From positions 1-61,557 of the IMG/VR virus record IMGVR_UViG_3300014165_000002: a stretch of 61,557 nt of DNA; one strand, written 5' to 3'. The position numbers and the translations under genes are program-made. This document shows, piece after piece, positions 29,652-39,183 of this stretch. The stretch comes from a virus. Lineage: Duplodnaviria > Caudoviricetes. Every line of letters begins with the position of its first letter. Within the stretch, counting starts at the first letter, position 1. Below the pieces are notes generated by a model. It was not told the origin of the DNA and ran no database searches. It worked only from the letters and a program-made list of their open reading frames with translations.

Positions 29652-31607
29652 TTAGCAACTCGTGACGACGCCGCCCTTGGCGGCGAATCCAGAAGTCGGG
29701 CTTCCCGAGCATGTGGCGCCGGGGGCCGTTCCAACAATGATCGCTGACGATGCTGGAATCGAGATAGCATAACGCGAATAGTTGCCGTCAAGATAAAGCC
29801 CGTAAGGTGATGTAGAGTTGTCTTGGAACCCGGCGCTGGCATGGGTTCCAGCACTCCAAAAGCCGATATTGGCTGCGGTCCCGCCAGAGGCGAATGCCGC
29901 CACTGAATTCGTTCCAGCTTCGTAAACCCCATAGGGCGCGGTGGAAAAATCTTCGATCGCCCCGGCGCTATGCGTCCCGCCGATAAAATACGAGACAGGG
30001 CTTATCGAGTTATCGCGAATGGTCGCGGTGCTATGAGTTCCGGCGCCAGGAAGAACCAGACCGTTGATGTCGATCGCGACCTTCGCACTCGTGTTGAGAG
30101 CGATGTCCGCATCGGAATTCAACATGGCTCCATTTTCAAGTATGCCGTCGACGTTGTGGTAGACGCCATTGCCGACCGTATTCGCCGTGCCGATCGCGAT
30201 CGCTGCGGTATTGCGCGCTGCTGTGGAACCGAACAGAAACAGCGTCGCGCAAGTGGGGTTTCCATAGGGCGCGCAATCCCCATGCCCGGTGAGAGGTCCG
30301 GTCGTGAATCCGTTTATGCCGTTGCCAAGATCAATTTCTTGACCAAAAACAACGATTCCGTTCCACCCGACATAAGGCACGACGTCGGTGATTCTGCCCC
30401 ACGTGTTTCCGGCGTTGGCGAGCACCGTCATCGTGACGAAATCGCATGTTTTGGCGTCGGTCTCAGCGAGGACTTCGATCGTCCAAACGACAGACCCATC
30501 TGTTACCGTCGTTGTGCCTGGGGTGATGGACCCAGGCAGGGCCGGGAGCGTGGAGGCGCTTACCCCCGCAGTTGTGACTTTCCACACCCACCCTTGGCTG
30601 TCCATGTCGGTCCCAAAGGCGTAGCTATGGGATGCCTGCCATGGCGGCGCGGTTCCAGAGTTCACTACGGCGTCGCACGCGGTTCCAACTTCGGAAATCG
30701 TTGCGTCTTGAACCGGGTTGAACTTCAAATACCGTTGCGTGAGCTGGTGATCGCCGCCGACGTTCCCGACACTCGGCCAGTATGAAATGATCGCGCTCGA
30801 CGCATCGTTGTAGCCGCTCGTGATCGGCGACGTGTGCCTGTCAACAAAGGTCGTCGAGCCGCCAATGTTGGCGATCGGGGCCGACCATGTGCCACCAGTG
30901 GACCATTCCGGGATAGTCGCTCCGTAAATGCCTACGTTGGCGATGATGACCCCGTGTCCTGAAAGGATGGTTGTCCCATCAGGGGCCAAAAATGCAGCGC
31001 CACCAAGCTGGTTAAACGTCGCAAATCCATTGGCTGTTCCGGCGGCATAAGACAATGCCGTCGTGACGCCAGAGCCGGTGGGGCAATCTTTGAGTAGAGA
31101 CCCTATCCCATTGTTCCAACAAGCAAGATCGCCAATAGTCGTCGTTGCCGGGCCAACGATGCCGGAAAGCGTGAATGGGAACCCGTAAAGCGCTCCGTTC
31201 ACTTCGATCTGCAACGGCAGAGGCGGCGCGCCGCCGCCTGCGCCATAGGCGATGAGCCCGCCCCCCTGCGCGTTGGCGCTGATGCACAGAAAATGAAATC
31301 CGGCTGCGCTCGTGACGGGCCCGTCGTAGTCGCAGGCGTTCGTTCCGTAAGGCCCGGTTCCCTGTCCGGCATAGGGTGGCGCGCCCGTGCCGCGCGCGGT
31401 AAGCAACAGTTCGGAGAGCCCTTGACCGATAGAGCCGCCGCTCGCCGGGCCGCTGTCTTGAAGAACAGGCGTCCCGCCAGCCGGGTTCGAATACATTGGG
31501 GCATGGCCGGAAGACCACGCTCCGCCCTGCAGTGTCGCCGATTGGCCGAAGGCTGCGATCGGAATGATCGTGGCGAGGGCCACGCAGAATGCTCTCAACC
31601 ACGTCAT
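29652..31607 (-). CDS. Fibre-like virion protein with a Sec signal peptide
   Basis: MTWLRAFCVALATIIPIAAFG|Q; Gly/Thr/Ser-rich; WQASHSY...DGSVVW carbohydrate-binding-like repeat; many Cys. Confidence 0.7.
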   Translation of the reverse strand: MTWLRAFCVALATIIPIAAFGQSATLQGGAWSSGHAPMYSNPAGGTPVLQDSGPASGGSIGQGLSELLLTARGTGAPPYAGQGTGPYGTNACDYDGPVTSAAGFHFLCISANAQGGGLIAYGAGGGAPPLPLQIEVNGALYGFPFTLSGIVGPATTTIGDLACWNNGIGSLLKDCPTGSGVTTALSYAAGTANGFATFNQLGGAAFLAPDGTTILSGHGVIIANVGIYGATIPEWSTGGTWSAPIANIGGSTTFVDRHTSPITSGYNDASSAIISYWPSVGNVGGDHQLTQRYLKFNPVQDATISEVGTACDAVVNSGTAPPWQASHSYAFGTDMDSQGWVWKVTTAGVSASTLPALPGSITPGTTTVTDGSVVWTIEVLAETDAKTCDFVTMTVLANAGNTWGRITDVVPYVGWNGIVVFGQEIDLGNGINGFTTGPLTGHGDCAPYGNPTCATLFLFGSTAARNTAAIAIGTANTVGNGVYHNVDGILENGAMLNSDADIALNTSAKVAIDINGLVLPGAGTHSTATIRDNSISPVSYFIGGTHSAGAIEDFSTAPYGVYEAGTNSVAAFASGGTAANIGFWSAGTHASAGFQDNSTSPYGLYLDGNYSRYAISIPASSAIIVGTAPGATCSGSPTSGFAAKGGVVTSC

Positions 31608-31650
31608 GTGCGGCGTCCGTTCTTCGGTAGTTCAGGCGGAAAAACCGGGA

Positions 31651-31878
31651 TTAGTCGGTCTGGTCCGCCTCGTCAGTCTCTTCGACGACAGGTTTGGGTT
31701 TCTTGGGCGGCGGCGACTGGCGATCGAGCATGGCCTGCGCCAGGATGGAAATCGGCCGCAGCGTGTTCATGAGTTCCTCATGGCGCGCCGCAGCTGCGCG
31801 CTCGATCAAGTCGTCATACATCGAGTGCGTGGTTTCCTGAGCCGGGTCGGCTTCGTTCAGGCGGTGAACGTGGGTCAT
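31651..31878 (-). CDS. Hypothetical protein
   Basis: 75 aa in operon context. Confidence 0.55.
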   Translation of the reverse strand: MTHVHRLNEADPAQETTHSMYDDLIERAAAARHEELMNTLRPISILAQAMLDRQSPPPKKPKPVVEETDEADQTD

Positions 31879-31879
31879 C

Positions 31880-32185
31880 TCACTTCTCCTCGGTGGATTC
31901 GTTCTCGACTTGGAGTTTCTCGATTTGCAGTTCGACGCGGGCGTATTTGCCCTCGTATTCGCCTTCGCCTTTCGAGACGCTGGTGACGACGGCGAAGGCG
32001 CGCAAGTCGATTATGTCGCCGATGTCGCAATCCGCTTCGAGCCCGAGCTTCTCAAGCTCATTGTGCGTGAGGCAGATGCGCAAGCCGTAGGGATACTTCG
32101 GCCGGTCCGGCATGGGGAGCGGCGTGCAGGCGTCGAGTTTGTCCTCGTCGTCGAGTTCCATATCGACGAGTTTGCTCCAGGCCAT
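31880..32185 (-). CDS. Capsid staple/decoration-like protein
   Basis: LVDM...YPYGLRICL...L.KLGL...VELQIE. Confidence 0.6.
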   Translation of the reverse strand: MAWSKLVDMELDDEDKLDACTPLPMPDRPKYPYGLRICLTHNELEKLGLEADCDIGDIIDLRAFAVVTSVSKGEGEYEGKYARVELQIEKLQVENESTEEK

Positions 32186-32794
32186 TTACGCCCCCTGTGG
32201 TTGCATCGGCGCGCCGCCGGCTTCGGCTTCCATCGGCGCGCCGCCGGCTTCGGCTTCCATCGGCGCGCCGCCGTCCGGGGCGCCTGGCGCGCCGCCCGCG
32301 CCCATCATCTCCGCCTCGTGCTTCTCGTGCAGGGCGACGCGCTCGGCGTGGTGCCGGACGTGATGCTCGCCCATCTCGCGGTGATGACGATGGTGGAGTT
32401 CGTTGCGCTCCTTCTCGTGGCGGCGATGCAGTTTCGTCTTGCCGGCGTGATCGGTCTCGGGGACGGAAGCGTGTTCCTTCTCGTGGCGTTCGTGCATCTG
32501 GCGATGCTCGGCGCGATGCTGGCCGTGCAGATCGCGGCGCTGGGTCTCGTGCGAGCCGTGCTGCTCCGTGCGCTCGGCGGCGTGGCGCGCGGCCATGCCG
32601 GTTTCCTTCTCGCCGTCGCCCTTGTCCTTTTCCTCGCCCTTCGGCGTTCCAGAGGTCTTGGGCCGGTCGGGGCCGTCCTTGGCCGTCTCTTCATGGCTCT
32701 TCGGATGCTCTTCCTTCGGCGTGACCTTCTTGGGCTCCGCTTCGCCTGCACTGGTGCGGGGAGAATCGTAGAGAGAAGCCTTTTTGCTGGCCAT
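32186..32794 (-). CDS. His-rich disordered protein, probable internal head protein
   Basis: RHEKE-type repeats; GAPMEAEAG repeats. Confidence 0.7.
   Translation of the reverse strand: MASKKASLYDSPRTSAGEAEPKKVTPKEEHPKSHEETAKDGPDRPKTSGTPKGEEKDKGDGEKETGMAARHAAERTEQHGSHETQRRDLHGQHRAEHRQMHERHEKEHASVPETDHAGKTKLHRRHEKERNELHHRHHREMGEHHVRHHAERVALHEKHEAEMMGAGGAPGAPDGGAPMEAEAGGAPMEAEAGGAPMQPQGA
32204..32273. repeat. 27-bp tandem repeat, about 2.6 copies
   Basis: catcggcgcgccgccggcttcggcttc at 32204, 32231 and 32258. Confidence 0.9.
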
Positions 32795-32795
32795 G

Positions 32796-33077
32796 TCAGT
32801 CGCCTCGTTTGTGATCGTAAAGGCTCGATTTCTTCGAGCCGCCGTGGTGCATTCCTTTGAGCGTCATGGCGAGATTGGCGCGCTTGCGCGTCGTCGGATT
32901 GCTGGAATGCGCCGCTTCTTCGAGCTTGCCGGCCGGGATTTTTTCGCCCTTGGGCACGCCGAGCGTTTCATGCAGGGCGCCAGGATGCTTTATCGCCTTG
33001 GCGATCCATTTCTTCGGCTTCTTGTCGGCCATGGGTCCGGTCCTTGAAGCGCGATCGGCGACGGTCGGATGCGCCAT
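32796..33077 (-). CDS. Small basic phage protein
   Basis: KKWIAKAIKHPGALH..LGVP.GEKIP...RANLA.TL. Confidence 0.75.
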   Translation of the reverse strand: MAHPTVADRASRTGPMADKKPKKWIAKAIKHPGALHETLGVPKGEKIPAGKLEEAAHSSNPTTRKRANLAMTLKGMHHGGSKKSSLYDHKRGD

Positions 33078-33262
33078 CAGTCTTGCTTGCGTGGATTGGT
33101 ATAAAGCGATTCGCGCTTCGATTTCTTCTTCTCCGGCAATTTGCCGCCTTTGTCCGCTTCGGCGAATTCCTTGCCGACGCTCTGCGGGACGCCGCCGACG
33201 CCTCCTTTTTTGGAAGCGGCGGCGAACATCAAGCGTCTTTGGGCTTCGCTGACGGCAGGCAT
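33077..33262 (-). CDS. Small basic phage protein
   Basis: MPAVSEAQRRLM.AAA...GVPQSVGKEF; coupled stop/start at both ends. Confidence 0.7.
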   Translation of the reverse strand: MPAVSEAQRRLMFAAASKKGGVGGVPQSVGKEFAEADKGGKLPEKKKSKRESLYTNPRKQD

Positions 33263-34644
33263 TACAGTTCCGCGCTGAACCCGAAGTTGCCGGCTCCCGA
33301 GGCCGTCGAAAGCAACGCGCAGCCTGCGTATTGCGTTTTCGTCGTCGTGATGAAGCTGCCTACGCCCACGGTGAATGGGGCGGAGGGAGCGGCGCCAACC
33401 GCCAGGATCAATCCGGAGTTGCCGGTTCCGGCCAGCGCCACGCCGCCCGCCGGGGTGCCGCCGAGCTGCGCGACCGTGAAGGTCGACGTCGTGATCGAGG
33501 AATTCTGGATCACGGGCGAGGCGCGCATCGGGACAGGAAGCGGAAAGGCAATCTGGCAGTGCGTGGTGTCGACGTAGTAGCCGGCCGGCCCCTGGACGAC
33601 GCCAGCCGTATCGAACTCGTTGATCTGGTAGTAGTAGGCATATTGGTTGCGCGCCTCGTCCTCATTGAGCCTGTAGCTGAACGCCGGGATCGTCACGTTC
33701 TGCACGGCGCCGTTGATCGTCGCAGTGATCACATTGCTGGAGAGGACGTATCCGGCCGCTGTGTTGACGAAATTCGCCAACATGTCGACCTTGCGAAGCT
33801 CGATGTTGTCGAAATAGAGCGCGTCGGTCGTGCCCGCGGTGCCGACCGGCGTATAGCACAGCGCGACGGCAATTTCGGTTGCGGTCGTCGGAATGCTGGC
33901 GACCGCGGCGACACGATAGGCGGTCGAGACGGCGGCGAGCGGAATGACGGCGGCCGTGGCGTTCGCCTGTCCGGTCCATGATCCGGAGCCGCCGCCGCCC
34001 GCATTCAGCCCATAGGCATAGCTCGACGTCCCGGCGAGACCCTGATCCGTGCCAGTGCCGTAGGAGACGTAAGCCGTCAGGCCGGAGCCGGAGAAGTTCG
34101 CGCCCGTATAGACGTTGAAGTCGAGCAGGACCGTGTGGCCCTGCAGATAGTAGGAATTTGTCGAAGTGATCTCCTGCGCCATGCACATCTGCACGACGCC
34201 GGTTTGCGACGCCGTGCGCTGCATGCGGAAGACGTTCGCCGATCCCGTGGGCAGCGCTGCGGCGGTCGAAACCTTGGAGACCGTCATGGCAGTGCTGGTC
34301 CCCGACCAATAGGCCCAGCGATCGGGGCCGCCGTAGGTCAGCGTGGTCGTGACCGAAGAGCCTGTCGTAGCGCGCTGCCAGAGGTTTTGGTCGGCCTTGC
34401 CGCCGATCAGGAAATTCGCGCTGGCGCCGACGTTGCCGACGAAGCCGGCGAGATTGGGCGCACTCACATACTGCGATTGCACCTGCGGAAAGCCGCCGAC
34501 GATGTCCTGAAAGACGTCGTTGACGCCGACCGAGGAAATGGTTGGCGCGTTCGGCACAACAGGGCCGTTCGTCGTTTGTGCGAAGGCCACGCCGACGGCT
34601 GCGAGAGCGCTCAAGCCGACGAAGATGAGAGTCTTGATTTTCAT
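33262..34644 (-). CDS. Virion-region protein with a Sec signal peptide and jelly-roll/CBM-like domain
   Basis: MKIKTLIFVGLSALAAVGVAFA|Q; LWQR...DRW...QEI...YYY fibre-like motifs. Confidence 0.7.
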   Translation of the reverse strand: MKIKTLIFVGLSALAAVGVAFAQTTNGPVVPNAPTISSVGVNDVFQDIVGGFPQVQSQYVSAPNLAGFVGNVGASANFLIGGKADQNLWQRATTGSSVTTTLTYGGPDRWAYWSGTSTAMTVSKVSTAAALPTGSANVFRMQRTASQTGVVQMCMAQEITSTNSYYLQGHTVLLDFNVYTGANFSGSGLTAYVSYGTGTDQGLAGTSSYAYGLNAGGGGSGSWTGQANATAAVIPLAAVSTAYRVAAVASIPTTATEIAVALCYTPVGTAGTTDALYFDNIELRKVDMLANFVNTAAGYVLSSNVITATINGAVQNVTIPAFSYRLNEDEARNQYAYYYQINEFDTAGVVQGPAGYYVDTTHCQIAFPLPVPMRASPVIQNSSITTSTFTVAQLGGTPAGGVALAGTGNSGLILAVGAAPSAPFTVGVGSFITTTKTQYAGCALLSTASGAGNFGFSAEL

Positions 34645-34664
34645 GACGTTCTCCTTTGCGCGCG

Positions 34665-35153
34665 TCAGCGCAGCTTATACCAGACAGCCGAAGCAGCCGT
34701 ATATTGATATTGAGCGCAGGTCGAGGCCCCGAGGTTCGACAGCGACGCCGAGCCGACGATCGTCGAGGAGTCTGTGGTCGCAACCGTGATCGTGCCCGAA
34801 TAGTTCGTGCCGTAGGCATTGCAGACCGCCGCATCCATGCCGTCCGGGGGCGATGCGGGAAGATCGGCGGTGAGTGTGCCGACGTTGCCGGTGAGCAGAA
34901 GATTGGATGCCGATGAGGTCCAGGTGGAGACCGTCCCGCTGGTCGCCGAAGAAAGCAGATAGCCCTGGGTGTTGCGCACCGTGTTGACGGTCGCGACCGT
35001 TGAGCGCGGGCCGCCGTTGTCGAGCGAGATGTATTCCGTGCCGGCGAGGCTCGACAGGATCAGGACGCCGGTCTGGTAGACGGACGGCGCGGCGGCAAAC
35101 GCCATCCCGAACATGGACGCGATGGCGGCAATCAATGCGAGAGGTCGTTTCAC
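34665..35153 (-). CDS. Small virion-region protein with a Sec signal peptide
   Basis: MKRPLALIAAIASMFGMAFA|A; ends WYKLR. Confidence 0.7.
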   Translation of the reverse strand: MKRPLALIAAIASMFGMAFAAAPSVYQTGVLILSSLAGTEYISLDNGGPRSTVATVNTVRNTQGYLLSSATSGTVSTWTSSASNLLLTGNVGTLTADLPASPPDGMDAAVCNAYGTNYSGTITVATTDSSTIVGSASLSNLGASTCAQYQYTAASAVWYKLR

Positions 35154-35162
35154 CGGCGGCTC

Positions 35163-36074
35163 CTAGCTCAGTTGGTTCAAGGGGAGAACCGTCGCGGCGG
35201 CGCCGGTCGTCGAAATCCGATGGTTGATCGTGCCGGAGGTCCAACCTATACAATTCCAGCGATAGCTCACGCCCTGTTCAGGCTCGGCGAAGGTTAGACT
35301 AACCGGCCCCACCGTCGCTCCGGTGTATTGCGCCAAAGCGCCCGTGCCGCCGATGTTGCAAACGATCCACGTGTTGCCGCCGTCGAACGAGCGTTCGAGT
35401 TGCACCGTGGCGTTGAAGGTGACGCCGGCGCCGGTGAAAATCGCAGCGGTGTCCGCGCCGGCAGGGATGCCAGCGGCGGCGAGTTTGAACTGGAAGGACT
35501 GCGGCGCTCCGTCGCGCGACGCGACGGGCGTAACGCCGGCCGAAAGCTGCACCGATCCGCCATTCTGCGGGAAGATTTGCGCGCCGGCGGGCGCCGAGAG
35601 CGGAAAACCGGCCTGTGGGTTCGCCGCCGCCGTGCTGATGACGGTCAGCCCGGCCGAAGGTATTCCGGGCCCGAACACGGTCGCGCCGCTGAGCCATTGG
35701 ACCGACGGCAGGCCGATGATCTGGCCGTTCGGAAGCAGCGTCCCTGGAAGCGTCAGCGTCGGGAGGGCGACGTTGAAGTTCGTTCCGGCCAAGCCGCTGA
35801 TGGTCGATCCCGGCGGGACGAGCCCCGCCGGGCTGTAGATGTTGGCGCCGTTCGCGAGGCCCGTCGCAGAAGCGAGCGTCGCCGCGATGGAGCCCGCGCT
35901 CGTCGTCAGTGTCGTGACCTGGGAGGCGTAGGCGAGGGCGTTTGCCGGCCCCATGACGGAGACCGGAAGACCGGGGCCAACCCCGCTGAACGAGCCTACG
36001 GCGCCCGTATTCGCGCGATCTCCCGTCGGGAGATTGCCGAACGTCGCGACGCCTTGCTGTGCGGGGACGCCCAT
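35163..36074 (-). CDS. Putative head decoration protein
   Basis: ATVQLERSFDGG.TW...EPEQGVSYR.NC. Confidence 0.65.
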   Translation of the reverse strand: MGVPAQQGVATFGNLPTGDRANTGAVGSFSGVGPGLPVSVMGPANALAYASQVTTLTTSAGSIAATLASATGLANGANIYSPAGLVPPGSTISGLAGTNFNVALPTLTLPGTLLPNGQIIGLPSVQWLSGATVFGPGIPSAGLTVISTAAANPQAGFPLSAPAGAQIFPQNGGSVQLSAGVTPVASRDGAPQSFQFKLAAAGIPAGADTAAIFTGAGVTFNATVQLERSFDGGNTWIVCNIGGTGALAQYTGATVGPVSLTFAEPEQGVSYRWNCIGWTSGTINHRISTTGAAATVLPLNQLS

Positions 36075-36084
36075 GGGCTAACTC

Positions 36085-36822
36085 CTACTTGGTCACCATC
36101 GCACGGCCTGCCACGGTCGTGCCGAGGATCTGTTGCTGCTCGTAGCCGCCGGAGTCCTGGCGGTGGATGCGAAGGTGAGCCATCGCAGCCTGTTCGATCG
36201 CCACGCCGGCCTTCAGTTCGTCCTGGCTCGCGCCGAGATGCGCGCGGGCGGGATCGTTCTTCACGATCGCGCGACCGACGATGAGCATTTCCTGCTTTTC
36301 CCGCACGGGGCGCAGAGTTCCGGCGATCGAGTCCTCGAACGCCGCGTAGATTTCCTTCGCGGTGTCGTTCAGCGGCTCCATGCCCTGGTTGGGAGCGGCG
36401 TCCCAATCGATGTCCGTCGGCTGATAGGTGTGATCGCTGTTGCGCACCCAATTCGGCTCGATGACTTCCTCGCCGAGAAACTGCTTTGACTTGAGCCGAT
36501 AGCTGGCCAGGCGTCCCTCCTCGCGCGCCTTGCGGATGAGGACGAACATGCGCTCCGCGCCCTCCTCGCGCCGGCGCAACAGTTCCGGAGCGACGGGCTT
36601 CGGCCCGGTCCCCTGGCTGCTGAGCGAGGCGATGCTCATGGCGAGACCTTCCATCAGCGCGGAAAGCTCTGCGCTGATGACGGGCTGCGCGGCGAGAGCG
36701 GGCTGCGCGGCGAGCGCCTCCGCGACGGCCTGTTTCGCCGCAGCGGCGACGGCAGCGGCGAATTCCGGAGTCGCCGTGATGTCGACGTCCGGCCTCTCGC
36801 CTTCGTGGGCTTCTTCGTTCAT
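36085..36822 (-). CDS. Hypothetical virion-region protein
   Basis: AAGGA RBS before MNEEAHE; P.QGMEPLNDTA motif. Confidence 0.65.
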   Translation of the reverse strand: MNEEAHEGERPDVDITATPEFAAAVAAAAKQAVAEALAAQPALAAQPVISAELSALMEGLAMSIASLSSQGTGPKPVAPELLRRREEGAERMFVLIRKAREEGRLASYRLKSKQFLGEEVIEPNWVRNSDHTYQPTDIDWDAAPNQGMEPLNDTAKEIYAAFEDSIAGTLRPVREKQEMLIVGRAIVKNDPARAHLGASQDELKAGVAIEQAAMAHLRIHRQDSGGYEQQQILGTTVAGRAMVTK

Positions 36823-36857
36823 CGATGCGTTCCTTGCCTTGCGCCCGGGTCTCATGG

Positions 36858-37433
36858 TCAGACCGTGTAGTTTTTCGGGGTGAACTTGACCGCGTAGTCG
36901 TCGCGACCCTGGGTCACGCCCGCCCAAGAGATCGTTCCCGCGGTGAAGTTGACCGCCGCGCCGGCGCCGCCGGTCGGCGTGCCGATCTGCGCCAGAAGGC
37001 GGAAGAAGCGCGGATTGAGGCCGGCGGGGAACGCCGGCATCCACGGCGAGCGGAAGATCACCTGGCCCGCGGTGAGCTGCGCGGCGGTGAGCCAGCCGCT
37101 TTCGCCGAGCGTCTGCCACATCGCCGGGGTGTAGTTGCCCGCCGATCCGGGATCCGCCGCCGCCTGAAAGGCAAGATTGAGCTGCGCCGCGTTGCCGGTG
37201 GCCGCCGCCGTGCCGATCTGCACGAACAACTCCGGACGCATTTCCGGGATGCCCATGTCGGCGCCCGGGCCAAGATTGGACGTGCGGCCATAGATCGAGG
37301 TTGGCGCGGAGCCGACGCCGTTGCCCATGATGTCGATGATCGAGGGCAGCGGAAGCTGCGCGCCCGCTGCGCCGACGAGCGAGAACGGCGCTCCGGTATT
37401 GGCGCCAAAGTTGACGAGTGCGTCGAGAAGCAT
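36858..37433 (-). CDS. Capsid cement protein (Bbp16-like)
   Basis: MLLDAL..F; PRFFRL...FTAGTI; directly after the MCP. Confidence 0.7.
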   Translation of the reverse strand: MLLDALVNFGANTGAPFSLVGAAGAQLPLPSIIDIMGNGVGSAPTSIYGRTSNLGPGADMGIPEMRPELFVQIGTAAATGNAAQLNLAFQAAADPGSAGNYTPAMWQTLGESGWLTAAQLTAGQVIFRSPWMPAFPAGLNPRFFRLLAQIGTPTGGAGAAVNFTAGTISWAGVTQGRDDYAVKFTPKNYTV

Positions 37434-37460
37434 GTGTGGGTTCCTTCCTGCGCGCGCCGC

Positions 37461-38507
37461 TTAGACGACGCGCGTTTCTGTATTAAGTAGCTGATCGACT
37501 ACTTTTATGTCTATCCCGCGGAACCGAAGCCACGGCTTTCCGGCGGAGTCTTCGGGGCTGAGCAGCACATTCTTGTTGCGCAGCGACTGCGCGAGCATCC
37601 AGTGACGCAGCGTGCGGTTCATGTGGAAGACGGGACGAATGCCGGGTGCCGGATCGTCGTAGGCGTCCGTGTCGCTGATGCCGCTCGTCGAGTTCGAGAT
37701 ATGAGGCACGATCTGAAGCATCGCGTCCATGTTCAGGAACAGGTCGACCGCGTTCGCGCCGGCGAGGCCCGCCGCCGTCACGTCGATGTTCGCGAGCCGC
37801 ACGATGTAGCGCCAATCCATCGGGCACAAGCCCATGTCGTGGCTGAAATACATCGTGTAGGCTTCGAACGGATTGCCCAGCGCGTCGTAGGCGGCGCGCG
37901 CCGTGCCGTGGTCGATCGTCTGCAGGCCGGCCTTCGAACCGCGCGGGTAGAGGCCGAACAGCGTCCGCTCGCCGAAGCATTCGAGCCACATCGACGTGTT
38001 CGAAGAGCCGGTCCCGCCGCCGTCGAGGACGTTGACCGCGTTGGCGGCGTTGGCCGGGTTGACGGTGTTGAAGAACATCGCCAAGCCGCCGAACTGCGCC
38101 GGATTGGTGATCACGTTGCCGTAGAACCACGACTGCGCCATCGTCTGACCCATGCCCTCGACGAAGGCGGCGTCTTCGGATTTGCAGAAGCGTTCCGGAT
38201 TGCCGGTGTGATTCGCAAGCTTGCGATCGACCTGCGAATAGCCTTCGAGCGAGCCGAGGCCGACCTTGGCCTTGCCGGTCGTCGACTTGGCGTAGGGCAC
38301 GCCCTGATTGTATTGACGCCAGAATCCCGACGGGATCGACGAGCGGAAGGCGAACAGATGCGAGTCGACTTCGCTCGATTCCATGAACGGCACATCGCCC
38401 CAGAGGTCGTTGTGCTGGCTCAGCATTTCGGCAATCGCCAGTTGCTTGCCGGCGCCGTCGAGGCGAGAAGCGCGGTCCACAATTGTCGGCCACTGTCCTG
38501 TTGCCAT
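37461..38507 (-). CDS. Major capsid protein (HK97 fold, BPP-1/epsilon15-like)
   Basis: IAEML...WRQYNQGV...EGMGQ...FYG...GGGTGSSNTSMW...YPRGSKAGL...DWRY..R.ANID...FRGI.I..VDQLLNTE. Confidence 0.92.
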   Translation of the reverse strand: MATGQWPTIVDRASRLDGAGKQLAIAEMLSQHNDLWGDVPFMESSEVDSHLFAFRSSIPSGFWRQYNQGVPYAKSTTGKAKVGLGSLEGYSQVDRKLANHTGNPERFCKSEDAAFVEGMGQTMAQSWFYGNVITNPAQFGGLAMFFNTVNPANAANAVNVLDGGGTGSSNTSMWLECFGERTLFGLYPRGSKAGLQTIDHGTARAAYDALGNPFEAYTMYFSHDMGLCPMDWRYIVRLANIDVTAAGLAGANAVDLFLNMDAMLQIVPHISNSTSGISDTDAYDDPAPGIRPVFHMNRTLRHWMLAQSLRNKNVLLSPEDSAGKPWLRFRGIDIKVVDQLLNTETRVV

Positions 38508-38511
38508 AGTC

Positions 38512-39183
38512 TTATCCTTTCAAAGAGTTAAGGCCACAAGCATAGGCCATTTGACAGCGCGTGTTTGACGTGGCAAAAACACACATCGCGTCCAACGATG
38601 AGAGAATGCCATGCCAAATCTTCCCGAAAGACTTCAGGATTTTGTTCGCTCGATCCTGGATTACGATCCAGAGACGGGCGTATTTCACTGGCGGGAAAGA
38701 ACGCCAGATATGTTCAAGGACAGCCGTTGCAGCGCCAAGGGAGGGTGTGCTCGATGGAACGCCCAGTTTGCCGGCAAGGTCGCTGGCATTCTCGACACAA
38801 ACGGCTATCGCAAGATCAGAGTGGATAACCGCCATTTGGGAGGCGAGCACGTTATTGCGTGGCTCTGGGTCCATGGCGAATATCTCCCCGGCGGCATCGA
38901 CCACATCAACCGCGTTCGCGACGACAATCGCTTGGTCAACCTTCGGAAGGCCACGAAATCGCAGCAACAGGTCAATCGAACGCCCAAAGCGAATAAAGCC
39001 GGCGCTCTTGGGGTTTATTTCGAGCCATCGCGCAAAACGTGGAAAGTTAGCGTTCGAAATAACGGCAAGCTCGTGTGGGGCGGACGACACAAATCCTTTG
39101 AGGCGGCCGTCGCGGCACGCGACAAGCTCACATCCAAGATCAACCCGGATTTTCGGCCAAGTGATTTGTAGCGCCGTGCTCAT
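38512..39183 (-). CDS. ORF antisense to the HNH gene, coupled to scaffold and MCP (function unknown)
   Basis: ATG overlaps the scaffold TAA (TAATG); stop lies 4 nt before the MCP ATG. Confidence 0.4.
   Translation of the reverse strand: MSTALQITWPKIRVDLGCELVACRDGRLKGFVSSAPHELAVISNANFPRFARWLEINPKSAGFIRFGRSIDLLLRFRGLPKVDQAIVVANAVDVVDAAGEIFAMDPEPRNNVLASQMAVIHSDLAIAVCVENASDLAGKLGVPSSTPSLGAATAVLEHIWRSFPPVKYARLWIVIQDRANKILKSFGKIWHGILSSLDAMCVFATSNTRCQMAYACGLNSLKG
38611..39171 (+). CDS. Free-standing HNH-AP2 homing endonuclease
   Basis: YDPETGVFHW...AG...NGYRKI...IDHINRVRDDNRLVNLR.AT..Q; AP2-like GVYF...W...EAAVAAR. Confidence 0.9.
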   Translation: MPNLPERLQDFVRSILDYDPETGVFHWRERTPDMFKDSRCSAKGGCARWNAQFAGKVAGILDTNGYRKIRVDNRHLGGEHVIAWLWVHGEYLPGGIDHINRVRDDNRLVNLRKATKSQQQVNRTPKANKAGALGVYFEPSRKTWKVSVRNNGKLVWGGRHKSFEAAVAARDKLTSKINPDFRPSDL

